DNA of 64,000 nt, taken from positions 9,548,001 through 9,612,000 of the forward strand of contig NC_092348.1 of assembly GCF_963676685.1 (NCBI RefSeq), read 5' to 3'. Positions 12,875 through 26,149 of the stretch are shown one piece after another. Every line of letters begins with the position of its first letter. Position 1 is the stretch's first letter. The stretch is from Mytilus edulis (lineage: Eukaryota). Below the pieces are notes generated by a model. That model was not told the DNA's origin. It made no database searches and worked only from the letters and a program-made list of their open reading frames with translations. The translations under genes and the position numbers were made by a program.

Positions 12875-13083
12875 TTGTAAAATTTAGAAATTATTGCGAT
12901 GTTTTTATCATTGCGAAAAATACGACAGGGTTATAATCGCAATGATTTAAACTCGCATTTTGAAATAATTTATATGAATCAAACAGGATTTTTCTCAAAA
13001 ACGTAACATTAAAAATCGCATTTAAGTTTAAAATGATAAAATCGCAATAATAAATGCACGCAATAATTTCTTAATTTACAGTA
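12875..13083. mobile_element. Short MITE (Tc1/mariner-like CTGTAAAT...ATTTACAG-TA ends), left end degenerate
   Basis: tgtaaaatttagaaattattgcg...cattgcg versus cgcaataataaatgcacgcaataatttcttaatttacagta. Confidence 0.6.
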
Positions 13084-15054
13084 TCTTAACAGCAATCTAT
13101 ACTAGACAATAGACCAATTAATTTTTATACATACAGGCATTAACATAAATATGATATGATATTGAATAAATTCATCGCACTTCAGCGTTCCTGTTCCTTT
13201 GTTTTCCTCTTAAAGTTGATGTGTGTCTCTCGGTTTAAGTTTGTAACCTGGATTTGTTTTATCTCAATGGAACTATGACTTTTGAACACCGGTATACTAA
13301 TGTTGCATTTATTGAAATAAGACAGATGACTAATTACAAACAAAGCCAACATCGCTATATCAAATTTGAATGAAATAAATATGATACTAAAATTACTATA
13401 TGCTGCCATTACAAAAAAAATATATACATACACTAAACTAATCACGAAGTTAAAATAATGATGAAAAGGAAAATGATGCATTCCTTCATTAGTAATTAAA
13501 ATAATACAATTAATCTGTCGCATGCATATTTAATTCAACAATAATGAAACGTATACTTTTCTAAAGGTATGTCACATAGAAGAGATAAATCAGTCAGGTA
13601 TCAAGTTTTATACGTCTGGTTGTTTGTCTGAACATGTAAGTTGTAAGTTTAAAATTTAAAAAAAAAATTTATACTAGTAATTGAAAATGAAACAAGAAAC
13701 CAAACTCCTTTAAAACTTTGTTTTTCGTATGAATTGTTTGAAGTTTTGTCATAATTGGGCCTTTTATATAGCTTATATATATTACTATACGTTATATATT
13801 TTGCTAATTGTTGAAGGCCGTAACGTGACCTAACGTATCTACGTATTTGTAAATCGATGGGTTTCAAGTGAAGACTTGAGCGTTCCAGATAAAAGTAAAT
13901 ACAGTCATATTGACTTTCATACGAATTCAAGCCCTTGTATGAGCCATTAAATGTTTTTGTTATAGAGTGAAGTAAATTTGTTGAATCAATTTGTGCAACA
14001 GATTAGAACACGTAACGGCAAATTTTAACATTTCTATATATTTGCTAATTCTTATGGGGAATGGGGAAAGATTTACTTTCACGCAATTTGATTATCATGA
14101 AAACTATTGACAACGTCATGGCGGTGTGGAAGGGGGTTTATACAAAAAAAACAATATGCCCACAAAATATATAGAATGGATAAAAATCAATCAATGAAAT
14201 AAAGAATAGAGAATGATGGAAGCTAGTATATAAAGAATGGAGATTAATGGACAAAAAGTGTAAAGCATAAAGAAAAATGGCCTACAAAATTAAAGAATAC
14301 AGAAATAAAAGACCCCTCCCGCCCATCTAAACCTTCAGACATTATGTTACGAACACCATCAAATATAGTAGTTACGAAGGTTTTTATATATTATGTCTGT
14401 TTTGGTCACCCAATTTTTCCAAAATAGCGAAACTATAAACAGCTGTCGTATCAAAGAATTGGTTTAGAAATCTGTAAAACCAGGAATAAACCAATTTTAT
14501 TTATTTTTTTAATATGCATTAGTAAGTCAGAAATATTGCAGTTTTTTACTAATCGTTTCATTGTTTGACTGGTTTTTCTTGACTTTTTTAATTGACCTTG
14601 GAGTTTAGTAAAAAAAAATATCCTTTTTGATAGTGAATGACAGAAAAAATGTGCTCTCGAATTGTTTTTTTTCTGGATTTGCCTCAATCAGAATAACTAA
14701 AACTCAAACATTCATAGTATTATTTACAATGGCTAGGACATTGACAATTGACATCGAAACAGAAATAAAATGGTAATCAGAAAAATTCTTACTTTTGTCT
14801 TGAACTTGAAAAATAGTATGATCTTACTATCATTCAAATAATGTCGTATATTTTTAACAGCCAAACAAAAAGTGTTTTTTTCAATTGCCGTCACAACGAA
14901 TGCTGTTGATAAATCTAAGAGAAAGTCAGGAATATGTCAGTTGTTGTCCATTCATTTGATGTGTTTTATCATTTGATTTTGTCATTTGATTAGGAACTTT
15001 CCATTTTGAATTACCTCGGAGTTCAGTATTTTTGTGATTTTACTTTTTTCAGTA

Positions 15055-15215
15055 TTAACATAAACGATATAATTTTTACTGTACCAGATTCACGTTTCGA
15101 CAAGTGTTCTACCTTCAGTGATGCTTTATGCCTTTAAAAAAGGAAGAGTCGATACAATCCAAAAGATCCAAAACCGTACAAAGAATCAGAGATGCTTTCC
15201 CTCATTTATAATGAT
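15055..15215 (-). repeat. Degenerate copy of retrozyme family 2 (decayed hammerhead)
   Basis: Minus strand reads gcatca-ctgaagg...tgtc-gaaa-cgtgaa-tc-tggtac with flanks resembling 54580-54715. Core and stem II are mutated. Confidence 0.55.
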
Positions 15216-16770
15216 TTCCTTAATTTACTTACATATTTACTGAATTAGGGAGACTCGACAAATAAAAAGATTGATGACATATGGTTATCTCTGTCTGTTC
15301 ATGATGTTCACCCAGTCGACGCTCATATGTGTTTTCCAAAAATAAGTTTGTAACCTTGATTTATTACTTCTGAATCGAACATTGGAAAACTACTATTGCA
15401 TCAAATTTGTCAAAACGAGTAAATAGTCGTTTTTATTTAATTTATTCACAACTTATCATGGATATACTAACAACATTGTAACACAAGATGAGGTATTACC
15501 TCACTAAATGCATTTTTTTTACCATACTTGTATTTTTTTCCTATTCATTTAAGCTTTGTCGTCATTTTCTAACGCCAACAGGGGTCTGTTGTTCAACTTG
15601 TGATTAAACTAATCATATGATTAATTTTAATCAGTCGTTAAAATTTAATCGGATGATTAGTAAATGCAATGATTAAATTGCGTTGTTCAACTTATTTTAA
15701 TCATTGTATTTACTAATCATTCGATTAATTTTTAATCATATGATTAAATTTGGGTAGTTAGCAAGTGTTTCCCACAATGCATTGTAAATCAGGGCCTACA
15801 AAACTTCCTTTGATGCATTAAATTATAACATTCTTCTTTTAAACTGGTTTTGGGTGCCAATAATTATTGAATAAATATCTTATAACATATTCATGTTTTT
15901 TCTTATGGAAACATAAAAATATTTTAGATATGTTTCCAGTTCAAAATGAAATATGCTTGAATGAAAAAATAGTTTCAGTGAATGCACTACTGATTAAGTA
16001 ATCTCAAATTCAAAAGTAATATGCATTTATTTACCATGAAAATGGTTTCGGGTGCATTTTGTAATAATCAGCATTTGCATTCCACTTTAAATTATGACTA
16101 GGGCCAGAGTTTTTCATGTTATTGCTCAAAAATCTTGGTATCTGAAATGATGAGGTCATGCAGGTGGTCGAAAAACCAACATTCATGCAATGAATAACTT
16201 GAAATCAGTTTGTTTCTTAATTATATTAAAAAATTTCAGTCGTTGTTGAAATAGTCTTATCATGCAACATGTGACTGTTCTAACTCAGAAGCAATGTCAG
16301 AGATTGTCTTCGGTCCTCAATCAACATGCATCATTCATGACCATGATTTTAATGCCGGAATTTGGTGTCTGACAACAACGACAGTGTCCATGATTGCAAT
16401 GATAATTCAGTTGAAGTCTTTGTTTTTACATAATGATTCCTCCAAATATCTGTTAAAATATTTTTTGTTAGTTAAGTCATACCTTCTACACATGCGAAAG
16501 ATACGCTTTTGTTTATAAATGACGAAATAATTTGGAATAACGATCTCCATTGACGCGTATGTGAAGGGTGCTTTCTTTCACGTCCGCATTTTATCAAGTA
16601 TGGCATGCCAAGTTAACATTTCAGATAATTTTTACTGATGGTGTAGATCGTAATAAATAACAGAACTGTAATCGATTGCAGTTCACACTGCAAAAGAAGA
16701 TACAGTGTGACAATTTTAAATATTCACTTGTGCAAGTGTAATGGCACAGTCCGAGAACCTTTTCAATGAT

Positions 16771-17040
16771 TTTTATGCCCCACCTACGATAGTAGAGGGG
16801 CATTATGTTTTCTGGTCTGTGCGTCCGATCGTCCGTCCGTTCATCTGTCCGTCCGTCCGTCTGTCTGTCTGTTCGTCCGTCTGTCCCGCTTCAGGTTAAA
16901 GTTTTTGGTCAAGGTAGTTTTTGATGAAGTTGAAGTCCAATTGACTTCAAACTTGGTACACATGTTCCCTATGATATGATCTTTTTAATTTTAATGCCAA
17001 ATTAGAGATTTTACCCGAATTTCACGGTCCACTGAACATA
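16771..17040 (+). mobile_element. Helentron/HINE-like element, 5' part, nested in the Harbinger element
   Basis: T-run followed by hairpin atgccccacctacgatagtagaggggcat, (gtcc/gtct)n microsatellite, core shared with 5594-5818. Confidence 0.7.
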
Positions 17041-17214
17041 ATTAAAACTGAAATAACAAATTGTTAGTTCTAGAAATTTTCATAAAGGGGGAGGGGCACT
17101 GACTGCCTTAGAGGGGGCCCGCTCCAATAATGCTATAGTGATTCCCTTTATATAATCAACCAAATTTTTTCCACAAAAGGGGGAGGGGGCCTGGGCCCCT
17201 GAAAACACCTCTGA

Positions 17215-17790
17215 AATAGTTCGTTCTGATGTTGTACTGTTATACCACTGTCCCAGGTTAGGGGAAGGGTTGCGATCCCGCTAACATGTTTAACCCCGCC
17301 ACATTATTTATGTATATGCCTGTCCCCAGTCAGGAGCCTGTAATTCAGTGGTTGTCGTTTGTTTATGTGTTCCATATTTGTTTTTCGTTCATTTTTTTTA
17401 TATATATATAAATAAGGCCATTAGTTTTCTCGTTTGAATTGTCTACATTGTCTTATCGGGGCCTTTTATAGCTGACTATGCGGTATGGGCTTTGCTAATA
17501 CTAAATATAAAGACAAGAAGATGTGGCATGACTGTCAAAGAGACAATTCCCTATCAGGAACCAAAAGATGTAGTAGTTAACAGATATAATATTGGTCACC
17601 GTATGGCCTTCAACAGTGAGCAAAACTCACATCGAAGCATAAGCTATAAAAGACCTATAGATATGACAAATCAAGGCAGTAAAACAATTCAAAATAGAAA
17701 TCAAAAGGCCTTATATATATTCATGAACAAAACTAAGAACGTAAAACAATAATATATATAGCAACAAACGACATGCAACAACTGAATTAA
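17215..17790. repeat. Two adjacent, oppositely oriented copies of SINE-like family B
   Basis: 17215-17495 on plus and ~17505-17790 on minus (more diverged). Confidence 0.65.
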
Positions 17791-19200
17791 AGGCACATCC
17801 AAATGCGGATTTACGGTATACAAGTAGAAGATGTTTATTTGGTCCCTATTGGCCCGAGAACACAGTTATTTCGTAGAGCATTTCTTTGGACAATAAATTC
17901 AAATTTAAAAAATTGCACCTACTCTTTCTCAAAAAGATTTTTACAGTGTAGTGTACTACTAGTGAGACAAATAAGATCAAATTAATAGACACTTCTACCA
18001 GCTCTAAATGACAGCTTCCGACGTAATAAAAATTGACCTTTTTTAAACTGACCAAATCACTACTTAACATAAAGATTCAGCACCCAAATTTTTATAACAT
18101 GTAATAACAGCCCCTACTTAATATTTCATGCATTAGATATCAAGAAATAAATTGTGAAAATGTATCAAATACAAATGCAAGTTATACACTGTTCACTGTA
18201 GGAACTAACTAACGAAAATCAAAGGACGATAACTGTGTCCTTGAACCTATTGTGTGGTCTTTTTTACCATTTGATGAGATTGTGCTACAACCGAACAACA
18301 AAGATGGCTGCTCACTGTGAATAAAATAACTATGAATTATGATTATGTATCATTCTATGTTTGTGGCAAAAAGTTTAGCTTCTTGTTTGAAATACATTCT
18401 CTTATTAAATTGTTCTCCGTTATATAAAGGCATGAAGTATTTGCCACTGGATTTTAACATGATAATTCACAAGATAACAAAAGAAAGGAAGAAAGACCAA
18501 TCACAATTTGTCTATTTTTTTTATTTTTAAATTAAGCTGAAAAAAGATAAACCTTTCAAATAAGATAAACCTTTCAAATAAAAAGTTCTTTATATAAAAA
18601 TATTCCCTGGATGTGGAACTTTTGCTCCCTCTATTTTCAACACTAGAAATGAGGTTTTCCTGTGTACTTAAACTTCAAACCTTGCTTTCTAACTGATCTA
18701 TTCAAGGACGTCATGATTGACAACAAGTGTCTTTATAAAAAAAAAAAAAATATTCAGTGTCGTTATACGCATGCATGTTGTCTGCTTGAAGTTGATCCCC
18801 ACCCGCACAGAAAGAAATAGCCCAACTCAAAGATGTTCATTATTAATATATTCCTGCATCAAGTTATTTTTCACCTTGGGCTTACATAAGAATAAATACA
18901 GAATATAGAAAGTGAAACTAAAATTGAAAACATAAAGTCTGAAGTCACATAGAAGAGAAATAGATTTATGTTTTTTTTTGGGGGAAAACAGCCGGTGCCA
19001 GGGTTACCCTCTGTGTGTTCAAATATGCATGCCATATTTGCCACTGCCCCATGTCTGTTTTATGAATTCTGACCCTAAATTTTCCATCTGTTACAATTGC
19101 CAAGAATTCCTCTCTCAAAACTCCGGTGGACCTCCTACTGCACCCATTACCTTGATCCATTCGTAGATTTGATCCATTGTAAAGTGAAATTAATTTATGA

Positions 19201-19380
19201 AAGAGGGACGAAAGATACCAAAGGGACAGTCAAACTCATAAATCGAAAATAAACTGACAACGCCATGGCCAAAAATGAAAAAGACAAACAGACAACAATA
19301 GCACACACAACATAGAAAACTGAAGAATAAGCAACACGAACCCCATCAAAAACTAGGGGTTATCTCAGGTGCTCCGGAAC
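19201..19380 (-). mobile_element. 3'-terminal fragment of the Penelope-like element
   Basis: Near-identical to 6147-6330 (aagagggacgaaagataccaaagggacagtcaaactc...ctcaggtgctccggaa). Confidence 0.85.
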
Positions 19381-22224
19381 ATGACCTGCATGTACGTGTC
19401 GCCACTGAAGACCACAACAATATAACAAATGGTCAATATAAATTATCCGTGTTATTTTCTCTATGAGATATTTGCATGCTCTTTATTTTTCAATATTGAT
19501 GCAATTTATGATCATTTATACTTATCATTTCTTACTCGGACTAACCAGAGAAGCATCTATAGATGAGTTGGAAGTTAAAAAAATCAAAGATATATTCTGT
19601 GATGATCTGGAAAAACAAGCACTAGTCACATAAATCATACATTGTTGTACCTCTCTCCCAACGGTGGTATAATACTTCTTTTGAAATATATCTGACACTC
19701 GAATATGAGATTTCCTAGATTCTAAAATTTAAACAGGTGCTTGTTTTTGTATATTGTGTCAGATAAAAAAATATGAAACATTTTATTGACTCAGTCTCTT
19801 AATAACCTAATCAGTAATACATGTAATATTAAACACTGATGGCAGTATATTTTCATTATAAATATTTGCAGTTGCGGATCCTAGGCCTAAGGGGGAGTTT
19901 TATTTGACAATCAAAGTTTTTGAAAGGCGACGTGAGGTTTGAAACAACTCTTTTAATCTGAGCTACGTTGGAACCCCCCAAAATGGCTGGATCCACCCAT
20001 GATTTGGATCCTCATAGCTCATAAGCTTTACTAAATGGGAAAACAATATACACTGTTTAAAAACTCCGTGTAAAGATAAAAATCCTAAGGTCCGAGATAT
20101 ACGGGGACGAATTCACCCATCATAATTTACCTGCGTAAACAGTTAGGACTAGGTCAAGGGCGCTACTGAAACTGAAAGTGCTAATATTTGAACTTCGAAA
20201 ATGGGGAAATTAGCAAAGACTTGCTTTGAAAATCAATTATGGCCTGTACATTAATGCTATGGTAACATTATTTATTTATGAAAGCTGTTCGTCATAATTT
20301 GCTGAATGGTTCCGCACAATAACATGTGGCCCGTCTCAGCGTACGTTTAGTTTTTTTGCAATCAACTGTCACTGAGCGGTAAAATACAAACGAAAAACTG
20401 CCGAAATGTGCAATTTCTCTCTGTTATCAAATGCCCATTGTATGTGTGCGTCCTATCCTTCGCCCTATCTTGTCAAATTTCTTTCCAATTTATGTTTTGA
20501 ACTCAACTCCTAGCAACTATATTTTGTTTCTTTCAAATATTAAGGTATTTTATGGCTGAAATCTCTTTCCAGGAGCTAATATCTCTTAAACGCCTCATAT
20601 TTCGAGGATAAAATAATTTTTGCATTGATACAGCAGCCATCTTGGATGCTTTAATCATATGATTAAAATTTAATACACCTCAAAGAGGTGGATTAAGTTT
20701 AACGACAGTTTTAGCCTTTTTAACGCAGCGTTAAAATTAACGGCAAGTTGAACAACACACTAATCATATGATTAATTTTAATCGAATGATTAAGAAATTT
20801 TAACGACGCGTTAGCCCTAACGACAAGTTGAACAACAGACCCCAGATATATTCGGAAAACGACTGTTAAGAGAAGTGATCGGTCTAGTGTTGTTACCTGT
20901 GCCAGTTGTTGTAGTGAAAACTTGTGCAATAGTAAATGTGAGTACATATGCATATTTATACATTGATATATTTTTACGAGATTAAGAAACTAAAAGAAAA
21001 ATGAGGAGGCTATTGTTATGAATTCGACAATTTTCATATATTTTTTATCAAGCAATTTAAAAGTTTTACACTCGAACGTTTATTGCTTCTCAGAACGATA
21101 ATATTCAAAGTTTTAAATTTTTTACAAAGATTTCGATATTGATGACTATTTTTACTAACATTTACTCGATGCTGGCAAGATATTATTTATTTTGGCTAAT
21201 ATTTGCTGTTTCTAATTAACGCAGTACACAATTTAAAACATATGAGTGTAAAACTCCTAAAAAATACAAAAATGAACACGAAATTTTATAACAGTGTATT
21301 GGTTAACCTAATAACATGGTGCTATGATATGAAACGAAATAGTTCTGACGGGCCGAGTGAAACCCTAGGCTTCATCGTAACCATAGCAACGAATACACTT
21401 ATAATATAGAGTCAACTATGATTCTTAGCTAATGTTATCGTTTATCAGGCTAATTGAGAAGATCCATAAATATTATTTTCTTTGTCTTATGAATATTTTT
21501 TTTTAAGTTTTTACTGTTTGATAATATATTTTTTTATCATAGTACTTTGTTACATAGTAACCTAAAAATGGATCACTTTGTATCATATTACTTAAGCTTA
21601 TTACACTGATAACCCTAAACAATAAGACAACGACGATATATAAAATGAACATCGCACATAATTCTCCAATAAATTCTAATTTATTTTTTTTCTAAAACAA
21701 AATATAAAAAAGATGTCATTCAACACTGCTGTAAACGTGTTTGTTTTATTTGACACGACAAAAAAAAAGACTACTACTTCTGTTCCTCGAGGAGGTAATA
21801 CACTCTATTTCCAACTTTAAAATGCAACTACCTATATTGTTAAATTGTTTAATTCAGCATTTCAACACTATTCAAATAAAGATTCGAGCAATATTTCATT
21901 TAATGATTTATTCATATGTTCTATTGTCTTCAGACTATGTCGCCATTAAAAAAGGCAACGTTTTACATTTTAACATGTCGAAATCTTTTATCTGGATCAC
22001 ATTCGGCGATGGTAATTCCGGTTAGAATGCCCAATTAGATTTATTTCAGTGTTTTTGCGATTATTTACAAGAACGTTTACTACATTTCCTATCCATATTT
22101 TTCTTTGTATATGCAATAAAATTAATATAATAACTATATACGTTTAATGGATATGCAATTGGTTATTTTAATCACAAATGTATCAATAATGAGTGTTAAA
22201 GTACAGATTTTGTATTTTTTACAG

Positions 22225-23450
22225 ATCACAAAGGAACTGAATTTTTCTTAATGTTTATGAAAAACTTCAATATGAGAAACAAGTCAGTAAATCTTATTAT
22301 AACAACGGATAATACGGCAACTGTGAATATTTACTCACCTTACTCAGGCGTCAATAAAACCGTGTTTGTAAAGCAAAGTGTAGCACATGTAGATCTACCA
22401 AGTTCTATTGGTAGCATTTCTACTGGAATTACATCTCTTATCTCATATCTTATCTGACAGACCAATATCAGTTGTCGGATTGAGTACTAATTATCCTCAT
22501 TGTTGTTTAGCTTTAGCATTCAATGATATATCAGCTGATAAGCAAGGGAAATATTACAAAATTCCAACACTTTTTCGTTATTCTAATGACATGCAAAGTT
22601 TTGGTATTGTCTCGGTGTATCCGGATACATCTGTTGAGATTATTTCAATGGTACAACAACCTATAGAAATATCAGGAAAAAATCTCAGTTTCCATGATAG
22701 TGTCAGGATCACGTTAAACCAGTTGCAGTGTTACTACTACGAAACATCCGTTGGCTTTGACATCTCTGGACTTAAAATTACCGGTAACAAACCTTTTGTT
22801 GTATTCTCAGGCAATCTACGTGTAAACACGTCTTATAACGACGATAGTACAATAGATAGTATTCGGCATACAAAAATTCATTGTACCGTTAATTCAGGCT
22901 GCAGCAATTTATTTAAAGATAATTGTGAACGATCCTAGGAATGCATTAACATCACTGGTAATAACTATTTTAGGGATTAACAACCAGTTATAAAATACAA
23001 GTAGAACTTTCAGCTGGGTCCTACTCAGTTACAGCAAAACATTCAATTCTTTTGTCTGTTTTTACAAAATATTTCAATAAATCGATTGGTCCCTTCATGT
23101 CAATAGTTCCTGCTATAACTGAATTCTCTCATGATTACATAGTAGCTGAACCTTCGGCAGTGAGTGATAAGAGCACACCTTTTAGAAATTATCTCTCAAT
23201 TGTGATTGACCAAACATATTCATCCGGTCTAAAAATGAACGGAAATGTCTTACAGGCTCTACAAGAAACTAGTTTCACTTTGGAAAATTTAAAATACACA
23301 TGCATTATTGTCAAGTTGTCAGGATCAAGTGCTCATAAAGTTAGTCATGTTCAGCCAAATGTTGTCTTTGGAGCAATAGTCTATGGATATGGTTATTTAG
23401 ACGCATACGGTTATCCTGCCGGACTAGACTCTAAACTCAATTTTTTTTAA
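22225..23450 (+). pseudogene. IgGFc-binding N-terminal domain exon, copy 1 (frameshifted)
   Basis: DHKGTEFFLMFMKN, HILSDRPISVVG, DISGLKITGNKPFVVFSGN, GPFMSIVPAITEF and FGAIVYGYGYLDAYGYPAG are spread over three track ORFs; small deletions are evident against copy 2. Confidence 0.85.
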
Positions 23451-24625
23451 ATCATTTGATCTATGGTCTTTTTCCAAGAAGTGAAAAAAACGTTAGTGTT
23501 ACATGACATTAACGTGCTATCATGTTATTCTATTTGTTGTATGACCAATTTTGGATAATTTAAAATCATGATGTTGCAAAATATTGTGCATTATGCTTAA
23601 CTAATTTGACATTTTACATGGAACAGTTTTTTATGTGTTGGTAATGAATTCCAATAATTAAAGGAATAGTTTATAACATTTTGTTTAATTTGTGTGACAT
23701 ACTTTTTTCCCTTTGTTTTCGTTTGTGGTGATGATGTCTTTCTTACTATTTGTGTGCTCATCTTTCGACTTACTAATATGTACACAGTTTAAAAAATAAA
23801 CAGATTCCATTGAGACATCTTTTCACCAGAATAATATAAACAGTTCTTTCAAAGCAGAGAATTCTGTAGAATATTAGGGCTACACTACAGGCACATGAAC
23901 GCATTCTACTGTATCTACACAGAATGAGCAACACACTCTGCAATTATTATGAAGTAATGAGAGTTGGAATTATTGCAAATTAGACAGCTATCAACCATAG
24001 TAATAATGTATGTAAGATATGAAAATAGTAAGACTTGGTATGATTGCAATGAGACAACTCTCTGTCAGGGATTATCCATTCTTATTTTATTTAATAAACC
24101 ACATATAGGGTTTTGCCAGATTTTGATAAGTTTGTAATTACTCAGATTTTTTGTGTATTCTGTTGTCGCAGTTAACAAAATACAAAAAACATAAGTAGCA
24201 GAATTTCCGAATGAAGTGAACCCTTCTGATCCTATTGTATGAAACGTATAAGTTACATATAAAAACAAATGCCAGGTACACAAAACAATGAAAGGTCTTA
24301 CGAACTTATAAATATTAATATGTATGATTATTTAAAAGAACAAATGATAAAAAAAAAACATGTATGCTGGTTAAAAATAAATGAATCCCGGAGCACATAC
24401 ATTCATCGTCCTTGTTTCAATTTTAAAATTCCCAATACAGAAAATAAACATTTATCTGGCATCTCATATTTATCGTAAGATTCTTAGTAGTTTGGTAAAT
24501 TTTCAACCTATGATGTTTTCACACACTGATACTTTTGGCTGTAATAGTCACAAACTAACCTTACAACCTATGTCACTTTGTTCTTGTTCAACGTCTAATA
24601 TGTTCCTCATAATGACCCTTCACAG

Positions 24626-25774
24626 ACTTTCAGAAAAAAATTAATTTTTCTGAAGGTTTTTTGAAAAAAAACTACGGTACAGAGGAAAAGGCAGTAAAGC
24701 TTATTATAACAACTAACAATACAGCTACGGTTGATATATATACTCCATTCCTAGGCGTCAATATACCTATCTTTGTTTCCAAAAGTGTAGCATATGTAGA
24801 TCTACCAAATGCTATTGATGGCATTTATTCTGGACTAGTATCAAGAGCAATTCATATTTTATCTGACCAACTAATATCAGTTGTCGGAATAAGCAATTAC
24901 AATCATAGTTGTTGTACAGCTATTGCCTTTAATGCTTTGTCACCCGATAAGCAAGAAGAACATTACAAAATTCAAACACTTTTCCGTAGTTCTGGTGACA
25001 AACAATGTTTCGGTATCGTCTCCGCGTTTCCGTATACATCTGTTGTGATAACATCAGTTTAAATGGGACATCAAACCCTAAATGTATTAGGAAAACATCT
25101 TCAATACCATGAAAATGTCACACATAGGTAAAACCATTTACAATGTTACTATTACGAAACATCTGTTGACTTTAACATATCAGGACTTGAAATTACCAGC
25201 AAATAATCTTTTGCCGTCATCTCTGGCAATCTAAAAGTTTATTCTACTAACTCCGATGGTGTAGCATAAAGTATTCCGCCTACACATACATTGGGTAAAG
25301 ATATTATTGTACCCTTAATTCAGGCTGCAGCAATATCTTTAAGAATAGTTATTAACGATGTAAAAAATGTCGTAAACATCATTGGTAATAATTACTCAAG
25401 GTCTTTCACATCCAGCGATCAATTGCAAGTAGAACTTCCGGCAGATTCATACTCAGTAACAGCAAAATATCCAATTATTTTGTCTGTTATTACAAGATAT
25501 TTAGATGAAACGATAAGTCCCTTTATGTCAATAATTCCTGCTATTACCCAATTTTCAAATGGTTACGTTGTAGCAGGACCTTCATTAATGAGTGTTAATA
25601 ACATACCTTATAGAAACTTTCTCTCAATTGTGATTGACCAAAAATATGAATCGGGATTCAGGATAAGGCGCTCAGAAAATTATTCATGTTCAATCAAATG
25701 TTGTGTTTGGAGCAATAGTCTATGGATAAGGATATAAGGACGCATACGGTTATCCTGCTGGACTTAGACTTTAA
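24626..25774 (+). pseudogene. IgGFc-binding N-terminal domain exon, copy 2 (stops and deletion)
   Basis: Phase-1 acceptor ccttcacag, paralogous to 22225-23450 throughout (AIHILSDQLISVVG, PFMSIIPAITQF, AYGYPAG). In-frame stops (e.g. 25060-25062) and a deletion near 25660. Confidence 0.85.
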
Positions 25775-26149
25775 ACTTACTACATATTTTTTTTTAGATA
25801 TTTTGTTTTTATGTTCTTTAATTAAACAGCTTCCACTATGGTCACTCTAAGTTTGTGAGATTAAACTACAGACCATGCACCCGGAGTATAAATAGATACA
25901 ACTCTCAAACGACCGTTGGCCAATGAATCATGCGTAATAGACATGTTCACCATAAGCCGATATCGATACCGAAAAATAGTAGTGAGGTAAATGTGAATGT
26001 TTATATGTTTAATTAATGCTAAGCTGTTACACTATTTTAGTGAGTGAAATTTTAATGCACTTGATAGAGTATTACTTCAATTCAACAATTTACATGAATC
26101 TATCAAAAAAGCAAAGGAAAATTCAACGAGTATCAAATAAAAAATATAG

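Larger units (their letters stand above)
15582..20842. mobile_element. Non-autonomous PIF/Harbinger-type DNA transposon (5.26 kb) inserted in an exon
   Basis: TIRs GGGTCTGTTGTTCAACTTGT / ACAAGTTGAACAACAGACCC, 3-bp TSD CAG (15579-15581, 20843-20845), repeated subterminal palindrome taatcatatgatta and internal gttgttcaactt copies at both ends. Confidence 0.85.
10088..23450 (+). pseudogene. Disabled spliced gene: two Ly6/uPAR-like Cys-rich repeats plus an IgGFc-binding N-terminal (FCGBP-like) domain
   Basis: Phase-compatible GT-AG exons: 10088-10179 (LCVQSLQCLKCENVISPILCNGKVTCESNV), 11001-11072 (V*FIDKFKGFDGEILFNLGCRLNS), 11404-11488 (KCSIQVGLDVCTNCCDSDLCNYGGCGET), 12762-12856 (GPVCLSCKQSRNPAKCDSINICEIGE), 13567-13635 (VCHIEEINQSGIKFYTSGCLSEH), 15554-15581 plus 20846-20937 (LCRHFLTPTDIFGKR / VKRSDRSSVVTCASCCSENLCNSK), tentative 21934-22011, and 22225-23450 (DHKGTEFFLMFMKN...YGYPAG). 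Lesions: a TGA, a transposon insertion and frameshifts. Confidence 0.8.

Noticed and set aside
18966-19166. Paired opposite-strand ORFs inside the Harbinger element
   Set aside because: No transposase or Myb/SANT motif recognised.
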